64,000 nucleotides of DNA from Eledone cirrhosa (GCA_964016885.1 OZ024741.1:46314001-46378000); one strand, 5' to 3'. Shown: positions 1 to 12,739, numbered from the stretch's first letter. The notes: generated by a model not told the origin, from the letters alone. Made by a program: numbers and translations.

Positions 1-3000
1 AATTTGCTGGGGTACAGTACCTCTCTCTCCATCCTGATTCTTCTTCCAAAATGATATTTGAAAAAACGAATCAGTTGCTCGCCGGAGAGAAAGGTGTCTG
101 ACCTCAGCCCTTTTAACCTCGTCCACCATATAACCTCTTTCGCCATAGCCATAACACATAGGAAAACCGCCTCTCCCTCGTTTTTGAAGGAGTGTGGCGG
201 TTTGATCATGACAATGGACTCGGTGGTCAACCGGATTGGTCCCACCCGCAACAATAGTCGTTCTACATAGCCCCACAGGTCGGTAACGCCCGGGCAGTGT
301 ACAAATGCGTGTGCGACGGTTTCCTCGTCGCGCACGCATGTCGGACAGATCTTTTTCGAAGGGTCCCTACCCGGGCGCCCGTGCCTGTAGAGCTTGTCTC
401 GAACTGGTAGAGCTCCTCGGTAGCACTGCCAGGCCAGGGACTTTGGAAGTTGTCCATTGGTCCCGGGCGGAAGGTCCTACCGAACAGACTGGCCAGTTCG
501 TCCTCCTCTACGCCTAGAGTTTCTCCGAACGTGTCGTCGCACTTGCTGCGAACCAACCCTCTATGGAATGTCGAAGTGGAGTCTCCACTGATCGCCGGGT
601 CCGTTTGCCAGAGGACTGTGAGCGCCTGAGCACATTCGATATGCCAGTCGCCCTTTTTCCTCGGTCTTTGCTTGACCCAGGTCTGCAGCTCGGTCAGTGA
701 GACGAGTCGTGGGAAGGCTCGCCTCACGAACGGGGCCCACACCGGTTGTCTGGTGAGGAATACGTGGAGGAGCCGCAGCCTGAGCGCGTGTTTGCGCATC
801 GTCAGCCACGGCATCCCCAGCCCTCCGTTTGAAGGGTGTTGGCAGCAGATGGATCTTCTCACCAAAGGAGCCCGTTTCTTCCAAAGAGCGTTTTGGCTCA
901 CAACGGTCAAGCGGTAGTAGATGACGGACACTATAAAAGTGTTCGCCACCTCCGCTCGACCTTTCAAGGATAGTTTGCACTCGGCCCACTTCTGGGTGAG
1001 CGCAAACACCTTGGCCGTCACCTCGTTCCAGTTCTTCTCCACCTGGAGGTCAGGACCAAACCAGACCCCGAGCAGCTTTACCGGTCCTTCCGTCCAGCGT
1101 CCGACGACGTCGTCGGAAGGCATCGGTTTGCCTCTCCACGTTCCGAGTTGCAAACCGACGGATTTGTCCCGGTTCAGCTTCGCTCCTATGAACCTCTCGT
1201 ATTCCTCCAGTAAGGTGCCGATCTCCCCAATTTGCGCGGTGCTCGACACCATCACTGGTACGTCGTCGGCGTAGGCCGACGCCGCTTTTCGCAATCCCGG
1301 TTCCAAATGGATGCCCTGCAATAGTTCCAACTTCCGCAGTAGTGGCTCGAGAGTCAGTACGTACAGAAGGGAGGAGAGAGGGCATCCCTGTCGGATGGAT
1401 TCGCGTGATATGGAACGGCTCCGAGAGGTAGCCGTTCACCTTGACCCTTGAGCAGATGTTGCTGTTGTGTATTGCAGCAATCCAGCTCCTGAACACGGGA
1501 CCGAATCCTGCCGCCTCGAGCACCGCATCCAGGTAACGATGGTTAACCCTATCGAAAGCCTTAGACTGATCCAAGTTGATCAGGGCCCCACCGAAGCCGG
1601 ATTTACAGCCTACCCTCTCTATGATGTATCGCATGAGGTGGAGGTTGTCGTGTATGGACCTGGTTGGGATTGCGCATGTCTGCGCTTCTCCCACCAGGTT
1701 TTCGACGACAAGCACCAGCCTCTTTGCCAACACCTTGGCCAAAATCTGTAACTCTGTGTTGAGCAGAGTTATGAGCCGGAAGTTGCCTATGTCATCCCCC
1801 TTGTTCTCGTCCTTTCTGACTAACGTGATTACGCCCTTGATCACAGAACTGGGAATTCTCCCGTTCTGCTGCCAATTGCAGTAGACCGCTTCCAGGAGAC
1901 CGGAGAACAAGTCCGGCATTGCTACGTAAAATTCGTAGGGTAGACCGTCGAGACCTGGAGTTTTGCGTTTGCCGCATTGGCTCAGCGCGTCCCCTATCTC
2001 AGCGGCCGAAATCGGCCTTTCGCAGAACTTTGCCTCGCTGTCCGAGAGTCGCGGTAGGCCGTCGAGGTATGAACTGAAATCCATAGCCCCTCCCGGCGCG
2101 CCGCCCTGCCCCAACAGTTGAGCAAAGTGCCGCTGAAAGGCCGCGCACATTTGCTTCGGCTCACATATCACGCGTCCGTCTTGGTCCTTCAAAGACCGAA
2201 TCGTGGACTTGTTGCCACTTTTCGCCTCCGTCACTCGGGCCCAGCTAATAGTTTTGGCTCCCTCGTTTCCCAGAGCACGTATTTTGCTTCTGACAACGCA
2301 GCCTTCATGCTTTGCATCGAAGAACTGGTCCAAGGCCGTTCTAGTCGCTAGCACGCTGGCTACGTTTCCACTCCTAATTGCCTCTTCTACTTCATCTACC
2401 TGTTTCTTTTCGGTCTTATTTCTATCTAACACTAATTCTTTACTAAAACCTATCGAGTCTAATCTAACTGCCCCCTTGAGAGAGTACCACCATCTGTTGT
2501 TGACAGTGGCCCCCGTCAAGTGCTGCTTAACTAAAGTGCTAATCCGTCTACGGTAGGATTTGCATGTCGGTAACGACAAGTTCAGTTTCCAGTAGCCGGA
2601 TCCCTGTCTATGGGTTTTGTCAAGGTTGACTAAGCAGGTCACTAATTTGTGATCTGAATAGGCAACCATGAACATTTGTGGACAGCTTAACATGTCCCTA
2701 TCCTTATTTCTAACTAGAACCCTATCTAGGTACGATCTAGATGTTCCGCTAAGATTAGTCCACGTCCACAGTGGCACAGTCGGAAAATCTAGTCGATATC
2801 TATCGGCCAATTCGAATCGCCCGATTAACTGTTTGAGGCTGTCACACACCCCTCTATCGGGATATGCTCCCACATAGGCGCAACGTGCATCTAGGATTCC
2901 ATTCCAGTCCCTCACTAACAGCAGGGAGCGGGACGTTCCCAGAAAAGTTTCTAGACGTTTGAAGAAGTCTGGCCGCGGTGTCCCGGATGGGGTATATGCG

Positions 3001-3329
3001 GCCACCAGCCTGAAGGCTCCACCTTCACTACCGTCAACGTCTAGGACCACCAGTCGACCCTCCGGGTCCAGATGTACCGTCTGTGTTACGTGGTCCAGGT
3101 GTTTCCGCAGCAAAACGGCGACCCCACCCCCACCTCCCGGCTGACCGAGAGATGCGTAGATCTCAAAGTAGTCGAAGATGGGGGCCAGTTGTCGCTCGCT
3201 GTGGATCCTGGACTCGCAAATGGCTACTACATCCATGCTGTGCGACCTGAGGTCGTTTAAGAGTTTGCCCTGTTTCCAGGGCATCCCCAGGCCGCGTACA
3301 TTCACACATCCAACTCTTATATTGGCCAT
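1..3329 (-). pseudogene. Tx1 ORF2 (APE endonuclease + reverse transcriptase), frameshifted, copy A
   Basis: NVRGL, DWN, SYLDR and SDH APE motifs; KTPGLDGLP, LDQSKAFDRV and AYADD RT motifs. Split across ORFs 1050-3329 and 263-1330 by a frameshift near 1395. Confidence 0.9.
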
Positions 3330-3365
3330 GTTGGTGCTGAAAAGTTAACAGAAAAGGAAAAGAAA

Positions 3366-5453
3366 TCACTCACCTCTTCGTCTCCTGGGGACCAGGCTGC
3401 ACAATTTCCATGGGGGTGTTGGAGGGGTTGTTTGGTGGGGTGGTGGTCTCTGGAGGGGTGGGGACAGAGATGTTTGGTGGGGAGGGGTGTCTGGTGGGAT
3501 GGGGGTGGGGGTGGGGAAACATTTTAACAGGACTCGATTGTAGGGTTTGACGCAGGCGTTACCTACGTCGTTAGGAAAATTTTCTTTTAACTGTTTATGC
3601 GTGTAAATGGAGGTCCTAATCATTTTAAGATTAGGATTCTCCGATGAGTTTGTAAAAATTTTCCCTTCGGTCTCCACCGAAGGGTTTTTATATATGGTGT
3701 CTGTTAAAGTTTTATTGTTAGTATTTATGTAGGTGTAACATTTTTGTTGTGTTGGATTGCTTTTTGTCTGTGGTTCTTGTGTGTGTTTACGTTTTGTAGT
3801 AGGTGTTTTGTTTTCAGGAGGGGGTGTTTTTGTTTGTGCTGTTTGCGTCGCTTGTGTTGGTGTTTGTTTGTTTGTTGCATTTTTGTTTGTGTTATGTCTT
3901 TTCTTTTTTCTTTTTACTGGTCGGAAAAGCTCTCCCTCGTCGTCACTGGGTGACGATGATGAGGCCTCATCCGTGTTGTTGGGGAGGGGTACGTTTTGGA
4001 GAGCTGTTATGTGTGTGGGTGTTTTGGGAGTTGTTTTAGGTGGGGAGGGGTTGGGTGGGACTGTGTTTGTCGTTTGTTTTGTTGTCACTATTTTTTTATG
4101 TTGTTGTTGTTGTTGTGGTGGTGGTGGTGGTTGTGATTGTTGTGCTGGTGTTGCAGGTGTTGGCAGTAGTTCCTTTTTTTGGCTAGTTAGCCGAGGACAG
4201 GAAGCTCTCACGTGATCCCTGCTTGAGCAGTGGTAACATGAGGGCCGCCTACCCTCGACCGAAATGTTTATGTTTATAAGCCCATCCAGCAACACACGTT
4301 CCGGCATCCTAGCTATTCGTTCTGATGTCATTTGGACCAGAACTTCCAGGCTAGTTCCGCTGAACAGGTCGCCGGAGGACTTACCTACCGATATTATATA
4401 GTCTGTTTCGTGGTTTAAAAATCCACATAGTACCCACCAAATGTCAATATCTGCTGTGATACTTTGGATTTTTATTTTCTGTGTCCTTTTCCCCATGTAA
4501 GTGGGGAAAAAGGTGAACAGCGGTGACACAATTGGCGACACAGAATATTTATGTGCCGTCAATTGGTCTTTCATTAGAATGGATAAACTCCCGTAGAGTC
4601 TACCCTTCTGAATAAAAGCAATGTCTTTTAAGGCATTTTTTAAAGCCAACTCAATTTCGCCTTGTGAAAGTTGAGTCGGTTTTCGTGTTTTGTTTGAGAT
4701 TGTCCTGAAAATCACAGTTTTCAAGGCAGCTTCTCTTCGCAAATCTGGGGGAGAGTTTATGAAGAATGATCCGTTCTCCCCAAAAGTTACATATTGTCTG
4801 GCGTTATTCAAAAGCTCATTTGCATTTGAAATATCTACCAGAGTGTAGCTTACCGTTTTCTTTACGGTTTGCGCAAATGATATTTTGTCGTTTACTTCCT
4901 TGTTACAGTTATTGGCCTTGTTGTTGTTATTATTATTCTTATTGTTGATGTTGTTTTCGTTTTTTCCGTTGTTGGTGTTGTTGTTGGTTGTGGTTTTGTT
5001 GTCGTTGTTGTTGTTGTTGTTCTTCTTCTTCTTCTTCTTGTCACTCTTGTTGTTGATGGCGTTGTTTTGGTTTGTGCCATTCACAGTTTTCGTGTTGGTG
5101 GTGCTGGTGTTGTTGTCAGGGTGTGTTTTAAACATATCGAAGTGTTTCAATGAGGCGGTGAGAGCTGCTTCTTGGCTTGACAGTTTTACCGTCCCTCCAC
5201 CACTTCTGTCTAATTGTTGGCTGACAGATTTGATGTTGTTGTTGTTTTTGTTGCTGTTGTTGTTACTGTTGTTGTTGGTGGTGGTGATAGCAGCAGGCAG
5301 GCAGCCTTCACCTGCTACTAGTGTTGTGGAAGGTGATATTAACAGCCCATCTCCACAATTCTCTGATGTGTTTTTTGTGAAGATGAGATCAAAGAATTTG
5401 GCCATTTTGGCTATATTCAAAATTCCGGTAGAAATTTTGTGGAATTTCTCCAT
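3366..5453 (-). CDS. Tx1 ORF1 (gag-like protein with zinc knuckle), copy A
   Basis: 695 aa open frame with CYHCSSRDHVRASC (CX2CX4HX4C) and Asn/Thr/Pro low-complexity arms. Homologous to the broken ORF1 of copy B. Confidence 0.85.
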   Translation of the reverse strand: MEKFHKISTGILNIAKMAKFFDLIFTKNTSENCGDGLLISPSTTLVAGEGCLPAAITTTNNNSNNNSNKNNNNIKSVSQQLDRSGGGTVKLSSQEAALTASLKHFDMFKTHPDNNTSTTNTKTVNGTNQNNAINNKSDKKKKKKNNNNNNDNKTTTNNNTNNGKNENNINNKNNNNNNKANNCNKEVNDKISFAQTVKKTVSYTLVDISNANELLNNARQYVTFGENGSFFINSPPDLRREAALKTVIFRTISNKTRKPTQLSQGEIELALKNALKDIAFIQKGRLYGSLSILMKDQLTAHKYSVSPIVSPLFTFFPTYMGKRTQKIKIQSITADIDIWWVLCGFLNHETDYIISVGKSSGDLFSGTSLEVLVQMTSERIARMPERVLLDGLININISVEGRRPSCYHCSSRDHVRASCPRLTSQKKELLPTPATPAQQSQPPPPPQQQQQHKKIVTTKQTTNTVPPNPSPPKTTPKTPTHITALQNVPLPNNTDEASSSSPSDDEGELFRPVKRKKKRHNTNKNATNKQTPTQATQTAQTKTPPPENKTPTTKRKHTQEPQTKSNPTQQKCYTYINTNNKTLTDTIYKNPSVETEGKIFTNSSENPNLKMIRTSIYTHKQLKENFPNDVGNACVKPYNRVLLKCFPTPTPIPPDTPPHQTSLSPPLQRPPPHQTTPPTPPWKLCSLVPRRRRGE

Positions 5454-5619
5454 TTTTCGCCCTGATGGGGTTATTATTTGGGGTTGCTACCACCTACAAA
5501 GTGTAGGGTGGCAGCTTATCTACAAAATGGTGTAAGAATGTAGATTCAGTTCATGCAATTTCCAATGAAATTAAAACATTTACTCACCAGCGCGTTTTCC
5601 ACGTGTTAGACAGAATCCG

Positions 5620-5640
5620 AGATAGTAGACAGATAGATAA

Positions 5641-5711
<71 letters not shown>
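5620..5711 (+). repeat. (GATA)n microsatellite between the two Tx1 copies
   Basis: Direct read. It forms the (TATC)n 3' tail of copy B and the 5' flank of copy A. Confidence 0.95.
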
Positions 5712-5712
<1 letters not shown>

Positions 5713-8700
5713 GTTTCTATTTATTTGCGACGAGGGCACAAAAGAAGGGGACAAACACAAGGGGGGGGGGGGGTACATAAAGGAACGAGTAAAAAACAAA
5801 TAACAAATATGAAATTAAAAATACAGTCCTCAATAAGGAGGAGGCGTTTTGGGGGTTACACACACCCCCGAAAAAGTGTGCAACACTTTTTCTTAGGAGT
5901 ACAGACAGGGGTGCTCCTTTGCAATTCCACCTTTCCACCTACAGGCTGATAAAGAGAGAAGGCCCATTCACACGGGCCATTCTCGCCACTTTCACCCACC
6001 TTTCATAAAACTTGCTAGGGTAGAGCACCTCTCTCTCCATTCTGATCCTTCTCTTAAAATGGTATTTAAAGAAAAGGACCAGTTGTTGGCCGGAGAGAAA
6101 GGTATCCGACCTCAGCCCTTTCAAACGTGTCCACCATACCACCTCTTTCACCATGGCTATTACACAGAGGAAGACCGCCTCTCCTTCATTTTTGAAGGGG
6201 GGGGAGGCGGCTTGATCGTTACAATGGACTCAGTGAGCAACCGGATTGGTCCCACCCGTGACAGCAATCGTTCGACATAGCCCCACAGATCGGCAACGCC
6301 CGAGCAGTGTACCAATGCGGTTTCCTCGTCGCGCACGCATCTGGGACAGATTTTTTTCGAGGGGTCCCTACTCGGGCGCCCGTGTCTGTAGAGCTTTTCT
6401 CGAACGGGTAGCGCCCCTCGGTAACACTGCCAGGCCAGGGATCTCTGGAAGTTGTACATAAGTCTCGGGCCAAATGTCCTCCCGAATAGGCTGGCCAGTT
6501 TGTCTTCCTCCATGCCTAGGGCTTGTCCGAGGGCTCGTCGCACCTACTAACCAGCAACCCTTTATAGAATGACGAGGTGGAGTCTCCACCGATCGCCGTG
6601 TCCGCCTGCCAGAGAGCCGTGAGCACCTGGGGACACTCGGTGTGCCAGCCGCCCAGTTTTCTCGGTCTTTGCTTGACCCAGGACTGCAGCTCGGTGAGGA
6701 ATACCTGGAGGTGCCGTAGCCTTAATGCATGATTACGCATCAGCAGCCACGGCATCCCAGCCCTCCTTTCGAAGGGTGTTGACAGCAGATGGATCTCCTC
6801 ACCAAAGGAGCCCGCTTCTTCCAAAGGAATTGGATGATTGGAAGAGTGTGCGCTCCATTTTGGCGAGCGTTTCCCTTGGGCAAGGAACGACGGTCAGGCG
6901 ATAATAGATGACGGACGCTATATAAGCGTTCGCCCCCTCCGCCCGACCTTTCAGGGATAGTTTGCACTCAGCCCACTTCTGCGTCAGCGCAAACACCCTG
7001 TTCGATACCTCACCCCAGTTCTTCTCCACCTGGAGGTCTGGCCCGAACCAGACCCCGAGCAGCTTCACCGGACCCTCCGTCCAACGTCCGACGACTCCGT
7101 TGGAGGCCATCGGTTTGCCCCTCCACTCGCCGAGTTGCAAACCGACTGACTTGTCCCGGTTCAGCTTAGCCCTGTAAACGTTTCATATTCCTCCAGTAAG
7201 GTGCCGATGACCCCGATATCCGAGGCGCTTGACACCATTACTGTCACGTCATCGGCGTAGGCCGACACCGCTTTCCACAATCCCGGTTCCAAAGGATGCC
7301 CTGTAACAACTCCAACTTCCGCAGCAGTGGCTCTAGGGCCAATACATACAGAAGGGAGGAGAGAGGGCATCCCTGTCGGATGGGCCGCGTGATTTCGAAC
7401 GGCTCCGAGAGGTAGCCGTTCACCTTGACCCTAGAGCAGATTCGGCTGCTGTGCATGGCAGTGATCCAGCCCCTGAAAACGGGTCCGAAACCTGCCGCTA
7501 CTAGCACCGCATCCAGGTAACGATGGTCGACCCTATCGAACGCCTTAGATTGATCCAAGTTGATCAGGGCCCCACCAAAGCCGGGTTCATTACCAACCCT
7601 CTTTATGATGTATCGCATGAGATGGAGGTTGTCGTGAATTGACCTGGACGGGATGGCGCATGTCTGCGCATCTCCCACCAGGTTGCCCACAACAAGCGCC
7701 AACCTCTTTGCTAACACCTTGGCCAAAATCTTTAATTCTGCATTTAGCAGTGTTATGGGCCTAAAATTACTTATTTCATCCCCCTTGTTCTCGTCCTTCC
7801 TCACTAGCGAGACTAGGCTCTTGGTCACAGAACAGGGAATTCTCCCGTTCTGTTGTCAGTTGCAATAGACCGCTTCGAGGAGATCGAAGAACAAGTCCGG
7901 CATACTTAAATACAGTTCGTATGGAAGACCATCGAGGCCCGGAGATTTGCGTCTGCCGCATTGGCTCAGCACGTCCCCTATCTCAGCAGCTGAGATTGGC
8001 CTCTCGCAGGACTTCGCCTCCTCGTCCGAAAGACGCGGCAGGCCGTTGAGGTATGGACCGAGGTCCACATCTCCATCCGGCCCCTCATCCCTTCCGAACA
8101 ATCGGGCAAAGTGCCTTTGAAAGGCCTCGCACATCTGCTTAGGTTCAAGGATCACCCGTCCATCCTGGTCTCGCAAAGACCGGATAGTGGATCTAATCCC
8201 ACTTTTGGCTTCTGTCACGCGGGCCCAGCTAACAGCTTTGGTCACCTCGTTTCCCAGAGCACGTATTTTGCTTCGGACAACGCAGCCTTCGTGTTTCGCG
8301 TCGAAGAACTGGCTACGTCGCCGCTTCTAATTGCCTCTTCTACACTATCTACCAACTCCCTTTCCTTCCTATTTCTATCTGAGGCTAACTCCTTACTAAC
8401 TCCTATTGAAGCTACTCTAATCTCTCTTTTGAGAGAGCCCCACCACCTGCTGTTGACGATGGCACCCGTCAACCGCTCCTTAACTAAAGTACTAATCAGG
8501 TTCCTGTAAGCTTTACTTGCCGGTAAGGACAAGTTGAGCTTCCAGTAACCGGGTCCCTGTCTATGCGTTCTATCAAGGTTGACCATGGAGGTCACTAACT
8601 TATGGTTTGAATAGCCAGGCATGAGCATTTTTTGACAACTTAAAAAGTTCCTATCCTTATTTCTAACTAAGAACCTATCTAGGTACGATCTAGATTGACC

Positions 8701-11394
8701 GCTGTGGTTTCTCCAAGTCCAGGTTGGCACAGTTGGAAAACCTAGTCGATATATATCGGCCAGGTCGAATCGGCCGATTAACCCCTTGAGGCTGTTACAA
8801 CCCTCTCTATCAGGACATGCCCCTACATAGTCCCAACGTGCATCTAGGATACCATTCCAGTCCCCCACTAAAAGCAAGAAGCCGGACGTCCCTAGAAAAG
8901 TCTCCAGACGATGGAAGAAGTCCGGCCGCGTTGACCCAAAAGGGCCGTAGACGGCGACCAGCCTAAAAGCTCCGCCTTCACTATTGCCAAGGTCCAGAAC
9001 CACTAGTCGACCCTCCGGCTCCAAGTGTACCGTCTGTGTAGCGAGACCCAGATGTTTTTTGCAGCAGAACGACAACCCCACCCCCACCTCTGTGCTGATA
9101 GAGAGATGCGTCAATCTCAAAGTCATCAAAGGTGGGGGCCAGCTGTCGCACGCTGCTGATCCGGGCCTCGCAAATAACCATCACATTTATACATCGAGAC
9201 CTGAGGTCATTTAGAAGCATTGCTTGCTTCCAAGGTGAGTCCAGGCCACGCGCATTTAGACAACATATTCTCAACACAGCCATGTTGGTTGTAAAGAGAA
9301 AAGGCACTTACCTCTCTGCGTCCCGAGGACCGGGCCGCACAATTTCCATGGGGGTGGGGAGGTTGTGAAAGTCTAGGGGCATCAGTGTGTGTTGGGGTTG
9401 GGGTGTTTTGAGTTGTGTGGGTGTCTGGGGGGAGATTTTTTAGGAGGACACGGTTAATGGGTCTGACGCAGGGGGGCCCCACGTCCTCTTTAAAAGTGTC
9501 TTTTAACGTTTTGTAAATGTCCATTGGGGCTTTTATCATTTTTAGATGGGGAAGCCCCGTTGCTTGTGCGAAATTCGAACCTTCGGTTTTTATTAAGTTG
9601 TTATTATAATAACGTTTAACAGTTTTTTGTTTATTGTATTTATGTAAGTGTTGGCATATTTTTCTTTTTGAGTGATGTTTTTTGTTTGCTGTTGTGTGTT
9701 TTTTTTTTTGTTGACGTCTGTGTTGTGTATTGGAGAGGGGTTGTTTGTATTTGTGTTCCTGTGGTGTGTTTTCTTTTTTTTTCTTTTAACTTTATGAAAG
9801 TGTTCCTCCCCCCTCGTCTGACGACGAAAGGGGGTCGTCTTCCGTATTCGAGGGGAGGGGTTCATTTTCGGCCCGTGTTTGTGGTGTGGGTGTTATTGTA
9901 TTTGTTTTCTGTGTGGGGGGGATGGGGGGATTGTTTTCAGTTGTGTTTTAACTTGTGGTGTTAGTTGTTTTTGCGGTGGTGGTGGAGGTTGTGTTGGTAG
10001 TGTTGTAGTTATTGGTGTGGGCAAAATCGGTGTTTTTTTTTGTTTGCTTGGGACCAGGCAGCCCTCAGGTGACCTCTGCCACCACAGAGGTAACAAGCGG
10101 GTCGTCTACCCTCCACTATGATGTGGAAGTAGGCAAGCCCATCCAGCAATATGCGGTCGGGGATCCTAGCAATTCGTTCTAGCTGCATTTGCACCAGAAC
10201 TTGCAGGCTAGTTCCACCGAACACGTTGCTGGAAGACTTACCTACCGAAATTACTGCATCCTCTTTCAAGTCGAAGAGGCCACACAGTACCGCCCAGAAA
10301 TCAATATTTGGATCGATACTGTGTATGGTCAATCTTTGTGTTCTTCTTCCCAAATAAGTGGGGAAGAAGGTAAATAAGGGGGACACAATTGGGGCCAGGG
10401 AATGTTTTTCGGCCGTCAATTTATCTTTCATTCGGATGGATAGACACCCGTAGAGTCTATCTTTCCGAATGAATACAATGTTTTTCAGATGATCTTTTAA
10501 AGTCAGTTCAATCTCTGTCTGTGTCAGTTCTACTGGCTTACGGGTTTTGTTTGATATTGTCCTATAAATAATAGTTTTTAAGCTATTTTCCTTTTTTAGC
10601 TCTGGGGGAGAATTTAAAGAAAATAGACCATTCTCCTCCAAAGTTATATACTTCCGTGCATTTTCCATTTTCTGGGCCATATTTGAAATGTCAATAGGTT
10701 CATACACAGTGGTTTTTTTGGTAGTTTGCGCGAACGTCATTTTGTTCGCCCCCTCTTTGTTTAGATTTGTCGAAATGAGGTTGTTTTCTTGTTTTTTGTT
10801 GTTACAATTATCATTTTTTGTTGTGTTTGTGTTATTTATGTTGGTGTATGCTTTCACATTTTTTTTCCCGTTGGGGGTTAGACTCTATTTCTTCAAAAAG
10901 TTCACTTATATTTTCAGTATCCGAGAGACTTGTAGTCACAGCTACTACTTCTCTTTCACCTTTTCTGGTGGGCGTGCACCGTGAAAAGTCGAAACGGCAT
11001 CCATTAATTTTGGCAATTTCTCCGAGTCAATTTTTTTCACATTTTTTTCATTAGGGTTAGGCTCCATGTTTTCAATGTTTCTAATAATCATTATTCTTTC
11101 AGTAGGGAGGCTTGTTGCCCCCGCTACCCGCTCTCCTTCAGTTTGTTTAGTGGGCGTGTCATCGTTACCTGTGGTAATGGCTTCCATTACCACTAGCGTA
11201 GAGACAATCACAAAATTTTTAGGATGAAAAATTTCACCCTATAAAGGGTAAAATAAATTAACCCTAATGTCCGAAGACCCAGGCAAGGGGGTTAATTAAC
11301 ACAATAACGCAAGAGTACAGACAAACACTTACTGTTAACACGTAATATATTCAATAATCGAGGTGCCGATGTGAAGAACGTCTATACCATCCGG
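5712..11394 (-). mobile_element. Tx1/L1-clade non-LTR retrotransposon, copy B, full length but degenerate, diverged subfamily
   Basis: Fragmented ORF1 (~9308-11211) and ORF2 (5939-9283) homologous to copy A. AATAAA on the minus strand at 5720-5725, then a (TATC)n tail. 5' end abuts GATA/GATG repeats at 11395-11448. Confidence 0.92.
5939..9283 (-). pseudogene. Tx1 ORF2 of copy B, multiple frameshifts and stops
   Basis: Fragments 8981-9307, 8242-9129, 7856-8245, 7244-7828 (RQGCPLS), 7161-7370 (AYADD), 6799-7140, 6160-6543 (CPRC..HC) and 5939-6154. Confidence 0.9.
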
Positions 11395-12080
11395 AGATAG
11401 ATAGATAAATGGATGGATGAATGGATGGATGGGTAGATAGATAGATAGTTTCTAATTCATGTCTCAGTACAACACATACATTTTTTTTTTCATTTCCAAT
11501 AATTATACTATTGATTAATCAAACAGTTTAAGACTAGTGATCCAAGTTCGCAATTCAGTTTCGATTTCCGATCAATACCAATCCATTTCAATTAAGACGT
11601 TTATGCCACTGATAAAAGCATAAAGATTATAGGATTTCGTCACTTCCTCTCATATACTGACGACCTCATGTCTAATTAATAAATCGATATGTTAACATTC
11701 TTTGTGAACGAATTTCTTATATTGCATGTATCGGAATTCTTTTATAACACTGCATTAACTTCAACATGGAAATTCCACCATCATGCACACCTACATGCAT
11801 ATTTAGTTTCCTGTAACTTTGAAAGAAATAACAGAGTTAGGCATTGTAACTCTAAAATGCATGCATATACATATGCATATATATGCATATACATGTATAT
11901 ACATGCATATACATGTATATACGTGTGCATATACAGCATATACGTGCATATATATGCATATACATGCATATACTTGTGCATATACATGTACGTAAATATT
12001 TGTTTAGAAGGCAGCGGCGCATGTTGTATATTCTTAAACTTAACAGCCCTATGCTCTGGTTATATAAACATTGTAGATCA

Positions 12081-12328
<248 letters not shown>

Positions 12329-12371
12329 ATATATAGATATATAGATATAGATATATATACATATATAATAT

Positions 12372-12554
12372 AATTGTTTCTACTTTTGGCACAAGGCCAG
12401 CAACTACCCAGTGAAATTACTGGTACTTTATTTTATCGACCCCGTAAGGATGAAAGGCAAAGTTAACCTCGGCGGGATTTGAACTCAGAATGGCAAGGGC
12501 CGTAACTATGCGTCAAAGCATGGCGTCCGACCCTCTACCGATACTGCCAATCCA
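12372..12554 (-). mobile_element. tRNA-derived SINE, full length, with TSD
   Basis: A box TGGCAGTATCGG and B box GAGTTCAAATCC on the minus strand. TSD atatataatataat at 12361-12374 and 12555-12568. Confidence 0.85.
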
Positions 12555-12708
12555 ATATATAATATAATATACATATATACGTATATGTATGTAAGTAAGT
12601 AGTTATGTAGGTATATAAATACATGATTGTGTGTGTGTGTGACATATGTACTGTATATGTATGTATACATACATATATATGCATACACTTATATATAGAC
12701 ATACGCAT

Positions 12709-12739
<31 letters not shown>

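Larger units (their letters stand above)
1..5619 (-). mobile_element. Tx1/L1-clade non-LTR retrotransposon, copy A (3' end lies beyond window start)
   Basis: ORF1 with CCHC knuckle followed by APE endonuclease + RT ORF2. The 5' end abuts (GATA)n at 5620. Confidence 0.92.

Noticed and set aside
3744-5535. Plus-strand hydrophobic ORFs antisense to Tx1 ORF1
   Set aside because: Shadow frames of AAC/ACA-rich low-complexity coding sequence.
12372-12554. tRNA gene
   Set aside because: A and B boxes are present, but there is no cloverleaf, and a shared body, tail and TSD mark it as a SINE.
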